DNA of 64,000 bases from a virus. The notes beneath the pieces were generated by a model, which worked only from the letters and a program-made list of their open reading frames with translations, searched no databases and was not told the origin of the DNA. The DNA is taken from positions 2,145 to 66,144 of the IMG/VR virus record IMGVR_UViG_3300038393_001851; one strand, written 5' to 3'. This document shows, piece after piece, positions 18,391 to 26,991 of this stretch; positions within the stretch are counted from its first letter, which is position 1; the number at the start of each line of letters is the position of its first letter. The translations under genes and the position numbers were made by a program.

Positions 18391-18578
18391 GCCGCCGCCA
18401 GCGCATCGGCCGCTGCGAGTGCGGCGACGACCTGCCGGGGCACTGCCCCGGTCCGGCCGCCTGCCCGTACGCGAGCAAGCCGGATGACGATGAACTGGAC
18501 GACCTGCGCGATCTGGCCGATGACGTCGACCTGCCGGACGACGACTTCCCGGACGACGACGAGGCGCTGTACCGATGA
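18387..18578 (+). CDS. Small Cys-containing acidic protein
   Basis: ATGA overlaps both sides. Confidence 0.55.
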   Translation: MSRRQRIGRCECGDDLPGHCPGPAACPYASKPDDDELDDLRDLADDVDLPDDDFPDDDEALYR

Positions 18579-18817
18579 GCGACCACCTGAAACTGGCCCC
18601 GGTCGCCGTGCTGCCGGTGATCACGCGCCTCGACCTGGACGCCGAGCGGGTCCTGCAGCAGGCGGCCGAGAAGCTGGCCGAGGTGGTGATCGTCGGCTTC
18701 GACCATGACGGCGAGTTCTACTTTGCCAGCAACAAGGCCGATGGCGGCACGGTGCTCTGGCTGCTGGAGAAGGCCAAGCTGCGGCTGCTGGAAGCGGAGA
18801 TCCCGGAGGAGGGGTAA
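18575..18817 (+). CDS. Conserved phage hypothetical protein
   Basis: ITRLDL..ERVL..A...L..VVIVG...DGEFYFAS pattern. Confidence 0.7.
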   Translation: MSDHLKLAPVAVLPVITRLDLDAERVLQQAAEKLAEVVIVGFDHDGEFYFASNKADGGTVLWLLEKAKLRLLEAEIPEEG

Positions 18818-18869
18818 CCGGACAGTGTTGTACAAGACAGTACAAGACATAAGACCACAAGGGGACACA

Positions 18870-19046
18870 ATGCACATCAATCCTGTTCAGCCCTACGCCC
18901 GCCTGGCCACCAGGGAGCGCTGTGCCCACTGCGGCGGCAGCGGGCACTCGTCGCGCAACTGCCCGCGCAAGGCCTATATTGGCCAATTTACTAAGGTACA
19001 GGGCAGCGGTGTACAGGACAGTACTACACAAGGGTGGACGGCATGA
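18870..19046 (+). CDS. Small CCHC zinc-knuckle protein
   Basis: CAHCGGSGHSSRNC; AAGGGG RBS. Confidence 0.55.
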   Translation: MHINPVQPYARLATRERCAHCGGSGHSSRNCPRKAYIGQFTKVQGSGVQDSTTQGWTA

Positions 19047-19522
19047 TCCTGTCTCTACTGACCGCCCTCGGCGGGGGCCTGCTGCGCATGATGCCCGAGC
19101 TGTTCGCGTTCCTGAACCGCAAGCAGGACAACGCCCACGAACTGGCGCTCATGCAGCACCAGATCGAGCTGGCCAAGCTGCAGGGCGACATTGCGCACGA
19201 GGCCACGGTGACGCAGGGCGAGATCGACCAGGCGCTCAAGATGCTCGACGCGACCACCAGCGCGCTCGCGGGCCAGATGCAAAAGACGGGTTTTTGGCTG
19301 GTGGACGGGATGAATTTCTTGGTGCGCCCGCTGACGACCTACCTGCTGCTGGCGATGTACGCGGCCCACAAGCTGGGCGGCGCGATGCTGCTGTACGGGA
19401 CCAACAACAGCCTGGCCGCCACCTTCGTGACGATCTACACGCCCGAAGACTTCGCGCTCTTGACCGGGATTTTGTCGTTCTGGTTCGTGGGGCGCTCGTT
19501 CGACAAGCAGAAAGGCGCGTGA
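19043..19522 (+). CDS. Holin-like membrane protein
   Basis: Hydrophobic segments, VRPLTTY and FWFVGR motifs; next to lysozyme. Confidence 0.65.
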   Translation: MILSLLTALGGGLLRMMPELFAFLNRKQDNAHELALMQHQIELAKLQGDIAHEATVTQGEIDQALKMLDATTSALAGQMQKTGFWLVDGMNFLVRPLTTYLLLAMYAAHKLGGAMLLYGTNNSLAATFVTIYTPEDFALLTGILSFWFVGRSFDKQKGA

Positions 19523-19632
19523 TGTACGGCGACGACGCTTGGACGTGGGGGATCGGGGTGATCGCAGCCTTGCTGGTCGCGCTGGGGGCCTTGTGCGGGC
19601 TGGTTGGTTACCTGCTGGCGCGGCTGCTATGA
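19522..19632 (+). CDS. 36-aa single-TM peptide
   Basis: WGIGVIAALLVALGALCGLVGYLL; overlaps neighbours' stop/start. Confidence 0.5.
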   Translation: MYGDDAWTWGIGVIAALLVALGALCGLVGYLLARLL

Positions 19633-20063
19633 CGGCGGCGCTCGACCTACTCGTGGCCATGCTCAAGCGCTTCGAAGGGTGCCGGCTGGTGGCCTACCGC
19701 GACGTCGGCGGGATCTGGACGATCGGCTACGGCGAGACGGCCGGGGTCACCGAGGGCATGGTCTGGACCCAGGAACAGGCCGAGTCCTGCTTGCGCGCGC
19801 GCGCTGCCGCGTTCCTGGCCAACGTGCTGGTGACCTGCCCGAACCTGGTGGACCAGCCACACCGCGCCGCGGCTTGCGCCAGCCTCGCCTACAACATCGG
19901 CACCAGGGCTTTTTATGCCAGTTCGGTAAGGCTGAACACCGCGCGCGGCCAGTACGCCCGCGCGGCCGAGTGCTTCGTCCTGTGGAACAAGGTCAAGGGC
20001 CGCGTGGTGGCCGGCCTGACCCGGCGCCGCCTGGCCGAGAAGATGACCTATCTGACCCCTTGA
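19629..20063 (+). CDS. Endolysin, GH24 lysozyme
   Basis: FEGCRLVAYRD..GIWTIGYG.T catalytic E-D-T, AYNIG, GLTRRR..E. Confidence 0.92.
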   Translation: MTAALDLLVAMLKRFEGCRLVAYRDVGGIWTIGYGETAGVTEGMVWTQEQAESCLRARAAAFLANVLVTCPNLVDQPHRAAACASLAYNIGTRAFYASSVRLNTARGQYARAAECFVLWNKVKGRVVAGLTRRRLAEKMTYLTP

Positions 20064-20067
20064 AGTC

Positions 20068-20676
20068 ATGAGAAAAGACCTGATCCCCCCGCGCCGTCCG
20101 GTCGTGACGGCAGAGTGCAACCGCTACGGGCTGGACCCGCAGCAGGAGGTGTACGCGCAGCTGCGCGCGTCCGGCCTGCCGATCGACGAATGCGTGCAGC
20201 GCTCGGGCGTGCAGTGCAAAAGCCCGAAGAAGTACGAGGCCAAGAATCCGGCGATCGTGGCGCGCATCACGATGCTGCAGGACGAGGCCTGCGAGCGCGT
20301 GATCGAGAAGATCAAGTTGGACAAGGAATGGGTGGTCAACGAGCTGCTGCGCCAGTACGAGGCCAACGGCAAGGTCGTGAAGGCGATCGACAAGATGGGC
20401 AATGAAACCCACGCCCCGCAAAAGGCCAACGAGGCGATCAAGTGCCTGGAGTTGATCGGCAAGGAGTTGGGAATGTTCGTGGAACGCAAAGAAATCCGAG
20501 TGGGAGCACTGGATGGACTCAGTGATGAAGAACTTGCCCGAATCGCTGCGGAACTCAGCGCCGCAATTGGCTTTAACCCAGGTACTGGCCGAATTGAAGC
20601 GGCGCCGGGACCGGAACAAATTGAGTTTGTACCGGCCGTATGCGAGGCAGAGGGAGTTCCACAACGCGGGGAATAA
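20068..20676 (+). CDS. terS: Terminase small subunit
   Basis: CLELIGKELGMFVER and LSDEEL motifs; upstream of TerL. Confidence 0.8.
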   Translation: MRKDLIPPRRPVVTAECNRYGLDPQQEVYAQLRASGLPIDECVQRSGVQCKSPKKYEAKNPAIVARITMLQDEACERVIEKIKLDKEWVVNELLRQYEANGKVVKAIDKMGNETHAPQKANEAIKCLELIGKELGMFVERKEIRVGALDGLSDEELARIAAELSAAIGFNPGTGRIEAAPGPEQIEFVPAVCEAEGVPQRGE

Positions 20677-21976
20677 GTACCGCGAACGGCTGTTCATGGC
20701 CGGTAACCAGTTGGGCAAGACCTGGAGCAGCGCCTACGAGATTGCGATGCACCTGACCGGGCGCTATCCGGACTGGTGGAAGGGGCACCGCTGGGCCAGT
20801 CCCGTTACCGGCTGGGCCATGGGGGTGACCGGCGAGTCGCTACGGGACACGCTGCAGCGATTGCTGCTCGGGCGCGGCGGCGAGTGGGGCACCGGGACCA
20901 TCCCGGCCGACTGCATCCTCGAGATCAAGCGCGCCCAGGGTATCGCCGATGCGGTGGACACGGTGCTGGTGCAGCACGTGTCGGGCGGGGTGTCGCGGGT
21001 CTCGTTCAAGTCCTACGAAAAGGGCCGGGAAAAGCTGCAGGGCGAGACCATTCACTTTGCCGCCATGGACGAGGAGCCGCCGCTCGATATCTACGTCGAG
21101 ACGCTGACCCGTACCAACGCCACCAAGGGCATCTTGTGGATGACGTTCACGCCGCTTTTGGGCATGAGCGACGTGGTGCGCCGCTTCCTGAACGAGGAAA
21201 GCCCGGACCGCACCGTGACCAAGATGACCATCGAGGACGTGGAGCACTACACGCGCGAGGAGAAGGACCGGATCATCGCGTCCTACCCCGAGCACGAGCG
21301 CAAGGCGCGCGCCATGGGCATCCCGTTCTTGGGCAGCGGGCAGGTGTTCCCGGTGCCGGAATCGTCGATCATGATCGACTACATGGTGCTGCCGGACTAC
21401 TGGCCCAGGATCTGCGGGATCGACTTCGGTTTCAACCACCCGTTCGCGGCCGTGTGGCTGGCGTGGGACCGCGACAACGACACGGTGTACGTGTACGACG
21501 TCTACACCAACAAGGGCGGCACGCCGTCCGTGCATGCCGGGCCGATCCTGTCGCGCGGGCCGTGGGTGCCGGTGGCCTGGCCGCATGACGGCCTGCAGCA
21601 CGACAAGGGGTCGGGGGTGATGCTGTCGGAGCTGTACCGGCAGGCGGGGCTCAACATGCTGCACGAACGGGCGCAGTACGAAGAGGTGCCGGGGGTGACG
21701 GCCGGCGCGCAGAAGCTGCGCTCGTCGGTCGAGGCGGGCGTCATGGACATGCTGGAGCGGATGAAGAGCGGACGGTTCAAGGTGTTTTCGCACCTGGCCG
21801 ACTGGTGGGCCGAGTTCCGCATGTACCACCGCAAGGACGGCAAGATCGTGGCGATCGAGGACGACTGCATGAGCGCCACGCGCTACGCCGTGATGTCGCT
21901 CCGGTTCGCCGCCACGCCGCCGCTGGGGAACCGGCAGGTCAGCCCGACGCGCGACTACAACTGGCGCGTGGGTTGA
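20513..21976 (+). CDS. terL: Terminase large subunit, P22-like
   Basis: AGNQLGKT Walker A, MDEEPP, TFTPLLG, GIDFG, WPHDG, DDCMSATRYA. Confidence 0.95.
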   Translation: MDSVMKNLPESLRNSAPQLALTQVLAELKRRRDRNKLSLYRPYARQREFHNAGNKYRERLFMAGNQLGKTWSSAYEIAMHLTGRYPDWWKGHRWASPVTGWAMGVTGESLRDTLQRLLLGRGGEWGTGTIPADCILEIKRAQGIADAVDTVLVQHVSGGVSRVSFKSYEKGREKLQGETIHFAAMDEEPPLDIYVETLTRTNATKGILWMTFTPLLGMSDVVRRFLNEESPDRTVTKMTIEDVEHYTREEKDRIIASYPEHERKARAMGIPFLGSGQVFPVPESSIMIDYMVLPDYWPRICGIDFGFNHPFAAVWLAWDRDNDTVYVYDVYTNKGGTPSVHAGPILSRGPWVPVAWPHDGLQHDKGSGVMLSELYRQAGLNMLHERAQYEEVPGVTAGAQKLRSSVEAGVMDMLERMKSGRFKVFSHLADWWAEFRMYHRKDGKIVAIEDDCMSATRYAVMSLRFAATPPLGNRQVSPTRDYNWRVG

Positions 21977-22614
21977 TCGGCGCTACGCCGTGCCACCAAA
22001 ATGGCGGCCAGCGCTTTGTCGCCCTCGCGCATCCACAATGCGTACTCGGTACGCGTCATTCCCAGCAGCTCGCGCAACGATTGGGTCGAGCCGATTTCCG
22101 TGCCGTGCCAGCGCTCGACCCAATTGTCGATCTCCTCGGTACGGGCCTCGCCGCGCAGGCAAGCTTCGATGAAGGTCATCTCCTTGCGGACGCTGTGCAT
22201 GCACGGCTCAGTGCTGACGCACCCGCCGTCCGGCGTGGTGATGCAGTTCGCGTCCGGCTCGGCATTGGCGAAGTGCAGGATGGCGAGCTGGCAGCCCGCG
22301 TCAGCATTGGTCAGCGCCCCGGTAGCATACATGCTCTCCAGTTCGTCCACTGCGTTGTTGAAATCCCATGCAGGGGCGCGTGCTCCCGGCTCGGGCATCA
22401 ACTGCGGCACCGTGTTGTGCTGGATGACGGCTTCGCGGATCGCTTCGCCGCGCCAGTCGGTGTATTGGCCACACTCGGCCTTGCACGTGATGACGGGCAC
22501 CGATGCGCACAACTTGATGCCGTGCCCCTCCGGCCCGTACTCAAAGTGCTGCACCTCGATGGATTCGGTAGCCGAGCCGCCACAGCTCGGGCAGATGGGG
22601 TGGATCGTCGTCAT
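21955..22614 (-). CDS. YgiT/MqsA-type Zn-finger protein with mosaic C-terminus
   Basis: CPSC...VPVITCKAECG; GAGGT RBS. Confidence 0.6.
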   Translation of the reverse strand: MTTIHPICPSCGGSATESIEVQHFEYGPEGHGIKLCASVPVITCKAECGQYTDWRGEAIREAVIQHNTVPQLMPEPGARAPAWDFNNAVDELESMYATGALTNADAGCQLAILHFANAEPDANCITTPDGGCVSTEPCMHSVRKEMTFIEACLRGEARTEEIDNWVERWHGTEIGSTQSLRELLGMTRTEYALWMREGDKALAAILVARRSADQPTRQL

Positions 22615-22640
22615 GGCTGACCTCGATTACGTTTTGCAAT

Positions 22641-22672
22641 AAAAAAAACACGCCCCTTGCGGTGGCGTGTTT
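22641..22672 (-). terminator. Intrinsic terminator (minus strand)
   Basis: AAACACGCC/GGCGTGTTT stem with A8 on + strand (U8 on minus). Confidence 0.65.
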
Positions 22673-23120
22673 CCGTTTGATAAAATAAGGACGCCCGGCA
22701 AGTGGTTCCAAGCACTTGATCGAGGAGAAAGTTGTGAAGCGACCACGAACTCAATCGGGGAAGATCTCCCTCGTCCTGTTCGTCCATTCTACATTACTTT
22801 TCCGAAATTCTCTACCTGTACGTCCATCTAGTTGATGCCCGGCTTGGTAGCAGAATGGGTAGCCGTTAAAGCGGGATTCCGAAAGCGGCAGGGAAGCACG
22901 TTCGACCCCTCGGAGGCGCCGATCACACGGCGGACGAACAAGGTACAGGCTGTGATGGTCCTGTACTCCCGTGACTAGACGGCCGGCTCCATACAGGCGA
23001 ACCGACGACTTACCGGGTGAGGCTTCCACTGCCCTAACGGGTAGGGGGCAGCTTTGCCCGAAATCTCCCAGCCCCACCACCAGGCGAAAGGTGTTGAAGC
23101 TCTGGAAACAAAAAAAAGAA
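22673..23120. ncRNA. Candidate structured non-coding RNA
   Basis: No credible ORF; several hairpins and long-range complementarities; convergent promoter-like elements. Confidence 0.4.
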
Positions 23121-23237
23121 CTCAACAATAAAGTGGAAATTCACACGTTCAATATCCAATCTTGATAGGTTTTTCGTGATTGCTCATTGCTAATTGGTGG
23201 GCTATCATGCGCAAGATTAACCATAGGAGACCGGCCG

Positions 23238-23585
23238 TTGAAATCAACTAAAGAATTAAAAGCCGAAATCGTCGCGGTGAACAAGCAGTTGGATGCGGAT
23301 ATTGCGCAGTTACGCCGTGTGGCCAAGGCCCGGGTTTCTGAGCTGGAAGCGCAAATTAAGCAGATCTCGTCCAGCGAAATCAGGGCAGCCAAAGAGCAGG
23401 TGCTGGCAGTGCTGGCCCAGCATGGCCTGTCGGTGAAAGACTTGAACGTCATGGTGCCCAAAGAACGCGTGCGCCGTGCGCCTACCCAAAAATATATCGG
23501 TCCGAATGGCGAAACGTGGAGCGGCATGGGCCGTCAACCGCAGTGGCTGAAAGGCCAAGATAAGAGCAAGTTTCTGGCATCATGA
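23238..23585 (+). CDS. hns: H-NS family nucleoid protein
   Basis: Coiled-coil N-terminus, KY..PNGETWSGMGRQPQWL; AGGAG RBS before TTG; TTGCTC-17-TATCAT promoter 23180-23208. Confidence 0.88.
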   Translation: MKSTKELKAEIVAVNKQLDADIAQLRRVAKARVSELEAQIKQISSSEIRAAKEQVLAVLAQHGLSVKDLNVMVPKERVRRAPTQKYIGPNGETWSGMGRQPQWLKGQDKSKFLAS

Positions 23586-23926
23586 ATGCCGCCCTTGAAC
23601 AAACCCTGAACCGGCTGGCCAAATGGCGCTCCGTCCTGGCGGGGTGGCAGCTGGGTACGCGCGCGGATACCGACGCCGAATGCCAAGCGGTGCGGGATCA
23701 CCGCGAAGTAACCTTAATGCTGCGCGTCGAGGTCAACACTTTGCTTTCGCTGCTGCTCGCCAAGGGGGTATTCACCCAGGCCGAATTTGAGGCCCAACTG
23801 GCCGAAGAGGCCGAGCATTTGGACGCCAGCTTGCGCAAGCGCTTTCCCGGCTTTCGCGCTACCGACAACGGCATTGCGATGAACCCGACGATTGCCAGCG
23901 ATACGATGCGGGGATGGCGGCCGTGA
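23582..23926 (+). CDS. Hypothetical protein
   Basis: ATGA overlap. Confidence 0.7.
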   Translation: MNAALEQTLNRLAKWRSVLAGWQLGTRADTDAECQAVRDHREVTLMLRVEVNTLLSLLLAKGVFTQAEFEAQLAEEAEHLDASLRKRFPGFRATDNGIAMNPTIASDTMRGWRP

Positions 23927-24171
23927 AGACCCTGCGTCAGCTGCGCGCCCAGATCGAAGCGGGCATCCCGGCGACGTATGACGACGTGGCCGACCTGTTC
24001 GCGCAGACGATTATGGGCAAGGCCACCATGGGTTACAACCGGCTGGACCGGGAGGCGTTGATTGCGGTGATGCGCAAGCGTTACCCGGTGGAGGCTGATT
24101 TGGGGCGCGCGGTGGCGCAATTGGCGGCGCTGGTGGACCCGTCGATGTGGGACGACCCGACCAGGCATTAA
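23923..24171 (+). CDS. Hypothetical protein
   Basis: GTGA overlap. Confidence 0.6.
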   Translation: MKTLRQLRAQIEAGIPATYDDVADLFAQTIMGKATMGYNRLDREALIAVMRKRYPVEADLGRAVAQLAALVDPSMWDDPTRH

Positions 24172-24188
24172 AGGGTGGGAAAAACACA

Positions 24189-24440
24189 ATGGGAAACCGA
24201 CTTACTCGCAAAGACAAGCTGGCCGCCATCGCCAAGGCGCTGATCGGCAAACGCTACGACGAACATGAGGCCGTCATCGGCTTGCACGTGCCGTACCAGT
24301 TCATCGAGCTGGACGGCAAGCGTACCGGCCACAACACGGACAGCGTGCGCGGCGTCGTGCTGATCTGGCATGGCGCCGACGACCGTATCTACCGCACGCA
24401 CGTCGGCACCGTTAAGGACGACAGGCACGCGCACAAATGA
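24189..24440 (+). CDS. Hypothetical protein
   Basis: Operon packing. Confidence 0.6.
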   Translation: MGNRLTRKDKLAAIAKALIGKRYDEHEAVIGLHVPYQFIELDGKRTGHNTDSVRGVVLIWHGADDRIYRTHVGTVKDDRHAHK

Positions 24441-24739
24441 CCAACGACGAGCAGCGCTTTCTGGAGGCGGTCAAGGCCCAATGGGGCGAGTATCTGGTGC
24501 ATCCGAAGCTGCTGGGCGACTGGGGGGTGGTTGGCCTGCAGAAGTTTATGTTCACGTGGGCGATCCTGGCCGAGGTAACGCCGTTTGGCTATGGCGATCG
24601 CTGGTGCTATCACGGCTATGGCGATGCGAAAGCGGCATTCGACGCCTGGGACGGGAAAAGCGAACCCAAAGGCTGGCATCGCCATCCTGCCAGCGGGCGT
24701 CGCATTAAAGAAGATGGGACGATGGAGGTTTACCGATGA
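24437..24739 (+). CDS. Conserved phage hypothetical protein
   Basis: FMFTWAI, GY.DRWCY, WDG..EP.GWHRHP.SGRR. Confidence 0.7.
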   Translation: MTNDEQRFLEAVKAQWGEYLVHPKLLGDWGVVGLQKFMFTWAILAEVTPFGYGDRWCYHGYGDAKAAFDAWDGKSEPKGWHRHPASGRRIKEDGTMEVYR

Positions 24740-25029
24740 GCACGAACGACGTCGAAGACGATGAAATTGCTGATCTGGCCAAGGCGGGAATGCTGTTCGT
24801 GTCCAAACTGGACGAGGTGCTCGCGGAATTAAACCTGCCGACCCACTTCATTGTGATCCTGTTTGGCGAATTCTCCCGCAGGATCGTCGCCATGGATATC
24901 GAGGACGGGATAAACCCGGAACAAGCGCACCAAGAAGTGATCCGGTCCTTTATGCGGGGGCTGGGGCTGGAAGCGGCTATTGTGAGGCGTCTGGATAAGC
25001 CAATCATGGACGGCACAACGCAACACTGA
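24736..25029 (+). CDS. Hypothetical protein, paralogue of 25272-25544
   Basis: GGAGG RBS; LP..F...LFG.F...and F.RG.GL shared. Confidence 0.7.
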   Translation: MSTNDVEDDEIADLAKAGMLFVSKLDEVLAELNLPTHFIVILFGEFSRRIVAMDIEDGINPEQAHQEVIRSFMRGLGLEAAIVRRLDKPIMDGTTQH

Positions 25030-25041
25030 AGGAACAGGAAA

Positions 25042-25275
25042 ATGACAGTCCATACCTGGAACTACCGCGTCCTGCGGCACGGCGAGGGCGATGAAATAAC
25101 CTATGCGATCCACGAAGTGCATTACGAGGACGGCGTACCCAAGTCGTGCAGCAGCGAACCGGCAGCAGTGGCGGCCGAAGATCTGGTGGGGCTGTGGGAG
25201 ACGCTTGAGCTCATGAGTAGTGCTGCAACTAAAAATAAGCCGGTGCTGAATTACGAGGACTTCGGAAAACCATGA
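25042..25275 (+). CDS. Conserved phage hypothetical protein
   Basis: TWNYRV...YAIHEVHY..G.P...S..P. Confidence 0.7.
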   Translation: MTVHTWNYRVLRHGEGDEITYAIHEVHYEDGVPKSCSSEPAAVAAEDLVGLWETLELMSSAATKNKPVLNYEDFGKP

Positions 25276-25544
25276 CCGATAAGCTGACCCCCGAACAGGA
25301 CGCGCTGGCCCTCCGCGGTCTGCACTTCATCCAGACTGTGACCGATATGGCACGCGCGGCGAAGCTGCCGCCCGAATTCGTACTGACCCTGTTTGGCGCG
25401 TTCGCCAAGAAGGTCGTCGATTCTGGCATCGACACCGGGGGCGACCCCGAGGCCGAAATCGAATGGGCCACGCGCGCCTTCCTGCGCGGCATGGGGTTGG
25501 ACGTGGGCCATATGCACCGGATCGACCCAGAGGGTCAGCACTGA
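25272..25544 (+). CDS. Hypothetical protein, paralogue of 24736-25029
   Basis: ATGA overlap; visible similarity. Confidence 0.7.
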   Translation: MTDKLTPEQDALALRGLHFIQTVTDMARAAKLPPEFVLTLFGAFAKKVVDSGIDTGGDPEAEIEWATRAFLRGMGLDVGHMHRIDPEGQH

Positions 25545-25939
25545 TGAGCTGGAACAACATCATACCGGCCGAAGTACTGTTGTACGAGGCCGAGCAGCGC
25601 ACGCGAGCGAGCCGCAACGGGCGCGAAGGCCGCTATCTCGGTCACTGGATGGGTCAGGCCGTGCGCTCGCACCAGTGGCAGCGGCTAGCCCCTGGCTTTC
25701 GCTTCGGATCGGTGGCGGCGCTGTCCGAGTTGATCGAACGCAGTCCTGGCGCCCCGCCCCCGCTACCGCGCGGCTACCTCAGCCGCGAGCGCGTGGCCGC
25801 GATGAACGCGCAGATGCTGGCCATGGCCGACAAGGCTAGGGCGTCCAGCGCGCCGAAGCCGATGGCTAAAGATGTGGAAGAGCTGTGGGAAACGCTTGAA
25901 GTCGTGATGAGTGCCGCGACCAAAGGAGAACCATCATGA
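25544..25939 (+). CDS. SRNxREGRY-motif protein 1
   Basis: SRNGREGRYLGHWMGQAVR; TGATG coupling. Confidence 0.7.
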   Translation: MSWNNIIPAEVLLYEAEQRTRASRNGREGRYLGHWMGQAVRSHQWQRLAPGFRFGSVAALSELIERSPGAPPPLPRGYLSRERVAAMNAQMLAMADKARASSAPKPMAKDVEELWETLEVVMSAATKGEPS

Positions 25940-26016
25940 CCACCAACAAAGACTGGCCCAGCGCCGATTGATGCAGACCCGCTGGTTCACCCACACGGCC
26001 GGAGTGCTGAACGCCT

Positions 26017-26334
26017 TTAACCTGGTGCGCTGTCTGGACGCGGGCGAGTGGGGCTGGGCTGCCCTTTCGTTGTCGGCGGTGCTGATGGTGGCGCGCTGGA
26101 GTCGGTAGCCTTGTCGAACTTGTCGAGCACGGCCAGCACGCGCGCCTGTATCTCGGCGATGCGCGCCTTGCTCGTGTACCAGTGGCGCGGGATGCGCGGC
26201 GGCGGCCCGCCTGGGCGCTCGGCCCACACGGTTAGCGCGGTGTAGGCGCTGGGCGCGACCAGATAGCCATGGGCGCGCGTGTGCAAGCCGTTGTACTTGC
26301 CCACGTAGCGCCCCTCGCGCGCGTTGCGGCTCAC
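26017..26334 (-). CDS. SRNxREGRY-motif protein 2
   Basis: GTG start with GAGG RBS; SRNAREGRYVGKYNGLHTR. Confidence 0.7.
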   Translation of the reverse strand: MSRNAREGRYVGKYNGLHTRAHGYLVAPSAYTALTVWAERPGGPPPRIPRHWYTSKARIAEIQARVLAVLDKFDKATDSSAPPSAPPTTKGQPSPTRPRPDSAPG

Positions 26335-26534
26335 CTCACCTCCATCCGCGCCGCCGTGATCTTCTGGTAGAAGTCCCACAGCGCCTTGCCGATGCGGTCC
26401 ACGTCGTCCTGGAACAGGCCCGCATCCTTGTGGTTTTCGATCAGTTCGCCGAACTGGACCGTCAGCGCGTAGCTGCGGTCCATCAGTTCGTGCAGCCCGA
26501 GCGCGTCGGGCCTGCTAACAGGTTGGTCGTTCAT
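26331..26534 (-). CDS. Small hypothetical protein
   Basis: AAGGAG RBS; HELMDRSY. Confidence 0.65.
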   Translation of the reverse strand: MNDQPVSRPDALGLHELMDRSYALTVQFGELIENHKDAGLFQDDVDRIGKALWDFYQKITAARMEVR

Positions 26535-26824
26535 CGTGGCTCCTTGTGGTCGTGGGCAATGTAGCGCGGGCGGCGCACTGGCAGCGGCATCTTGGCGCGT
26601 GTGCTCATCACTGTCCACGCGACTTCCGCGTCCGCGCCGAGGCGGCGAAACAGGAAGTGGGTGCTGCGCACCGCCTTGCCCTGCCAGCGCCCGACATAGC
26701 GCCCTTCGCGCCGGTTACGACTGGTCATCCTGATGTGGGCAAGCCCGCGCGCGACGGCGCGCAACAGCACGGCCTCGGTCACCGGCTCGTCGTAGCGGGA
26801 ACGTGCCTTGATCGTTTTCATCAT
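26531..26824 (-). CDS. SRNxREGRY-motif protein 3 (alternative start 26728)
   Basis: MTSRNRREGRYVGRWQGKAVR. Confidence 0.65.
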   Translation of the reverse strand: MMKTIKARSRYDEPVTEAVLLRAVARGLAHIRMTSRNRREGRYVGRWQGKAVRSTHFLFRRLGADAEVAWTVMSTRAKMPLPVRRPRYIAHDHKEPR

Positions 26825-26838
26825 TTCGATTCTACCAT

Positions 26839-26991
26839 TTATCGGCGGCACGGCCGCCCGCCGTAGCTGTAGCGCCGGTTCGGCTGTTCCCACGTCGCGC
26901 GCCACCGGCGCATCGCCTGCGCCAGGCGCACGTGGCGTCCACCGATCTTGCCCAGGTAATGGCCCTCGCGCATGTTGCGGCTGGCTGTCAT
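26839..26991 (-). CDS. SRNxREGRY-motif protein 4 (50 aa, below ORF-track cut-off)
   Basis: Manual translation MTASRNMREGHYLGKIGGRHVRLAQAMRRWRATWEQPNRRYSYGGRPCRR; ATGA overlap. Confidence 0.65.
   Translation of the reverse strand: MTASRNMREGHYLGKIGGRHVRLAQAMRRWRATWEQPNRRYSYGGRPCRR

Noticed and set aside
22898-22912. tRNA T-loop-like GTTCGAC
   Set aside because: No flanking T-stem or cloverleaf; no tRNA gene recognised in the window
22751-23165. ORFs of 125 aa (-) and 64 aa (+) in the non-coding element
   Set aside because: No RBS, atypical codon usage and composition
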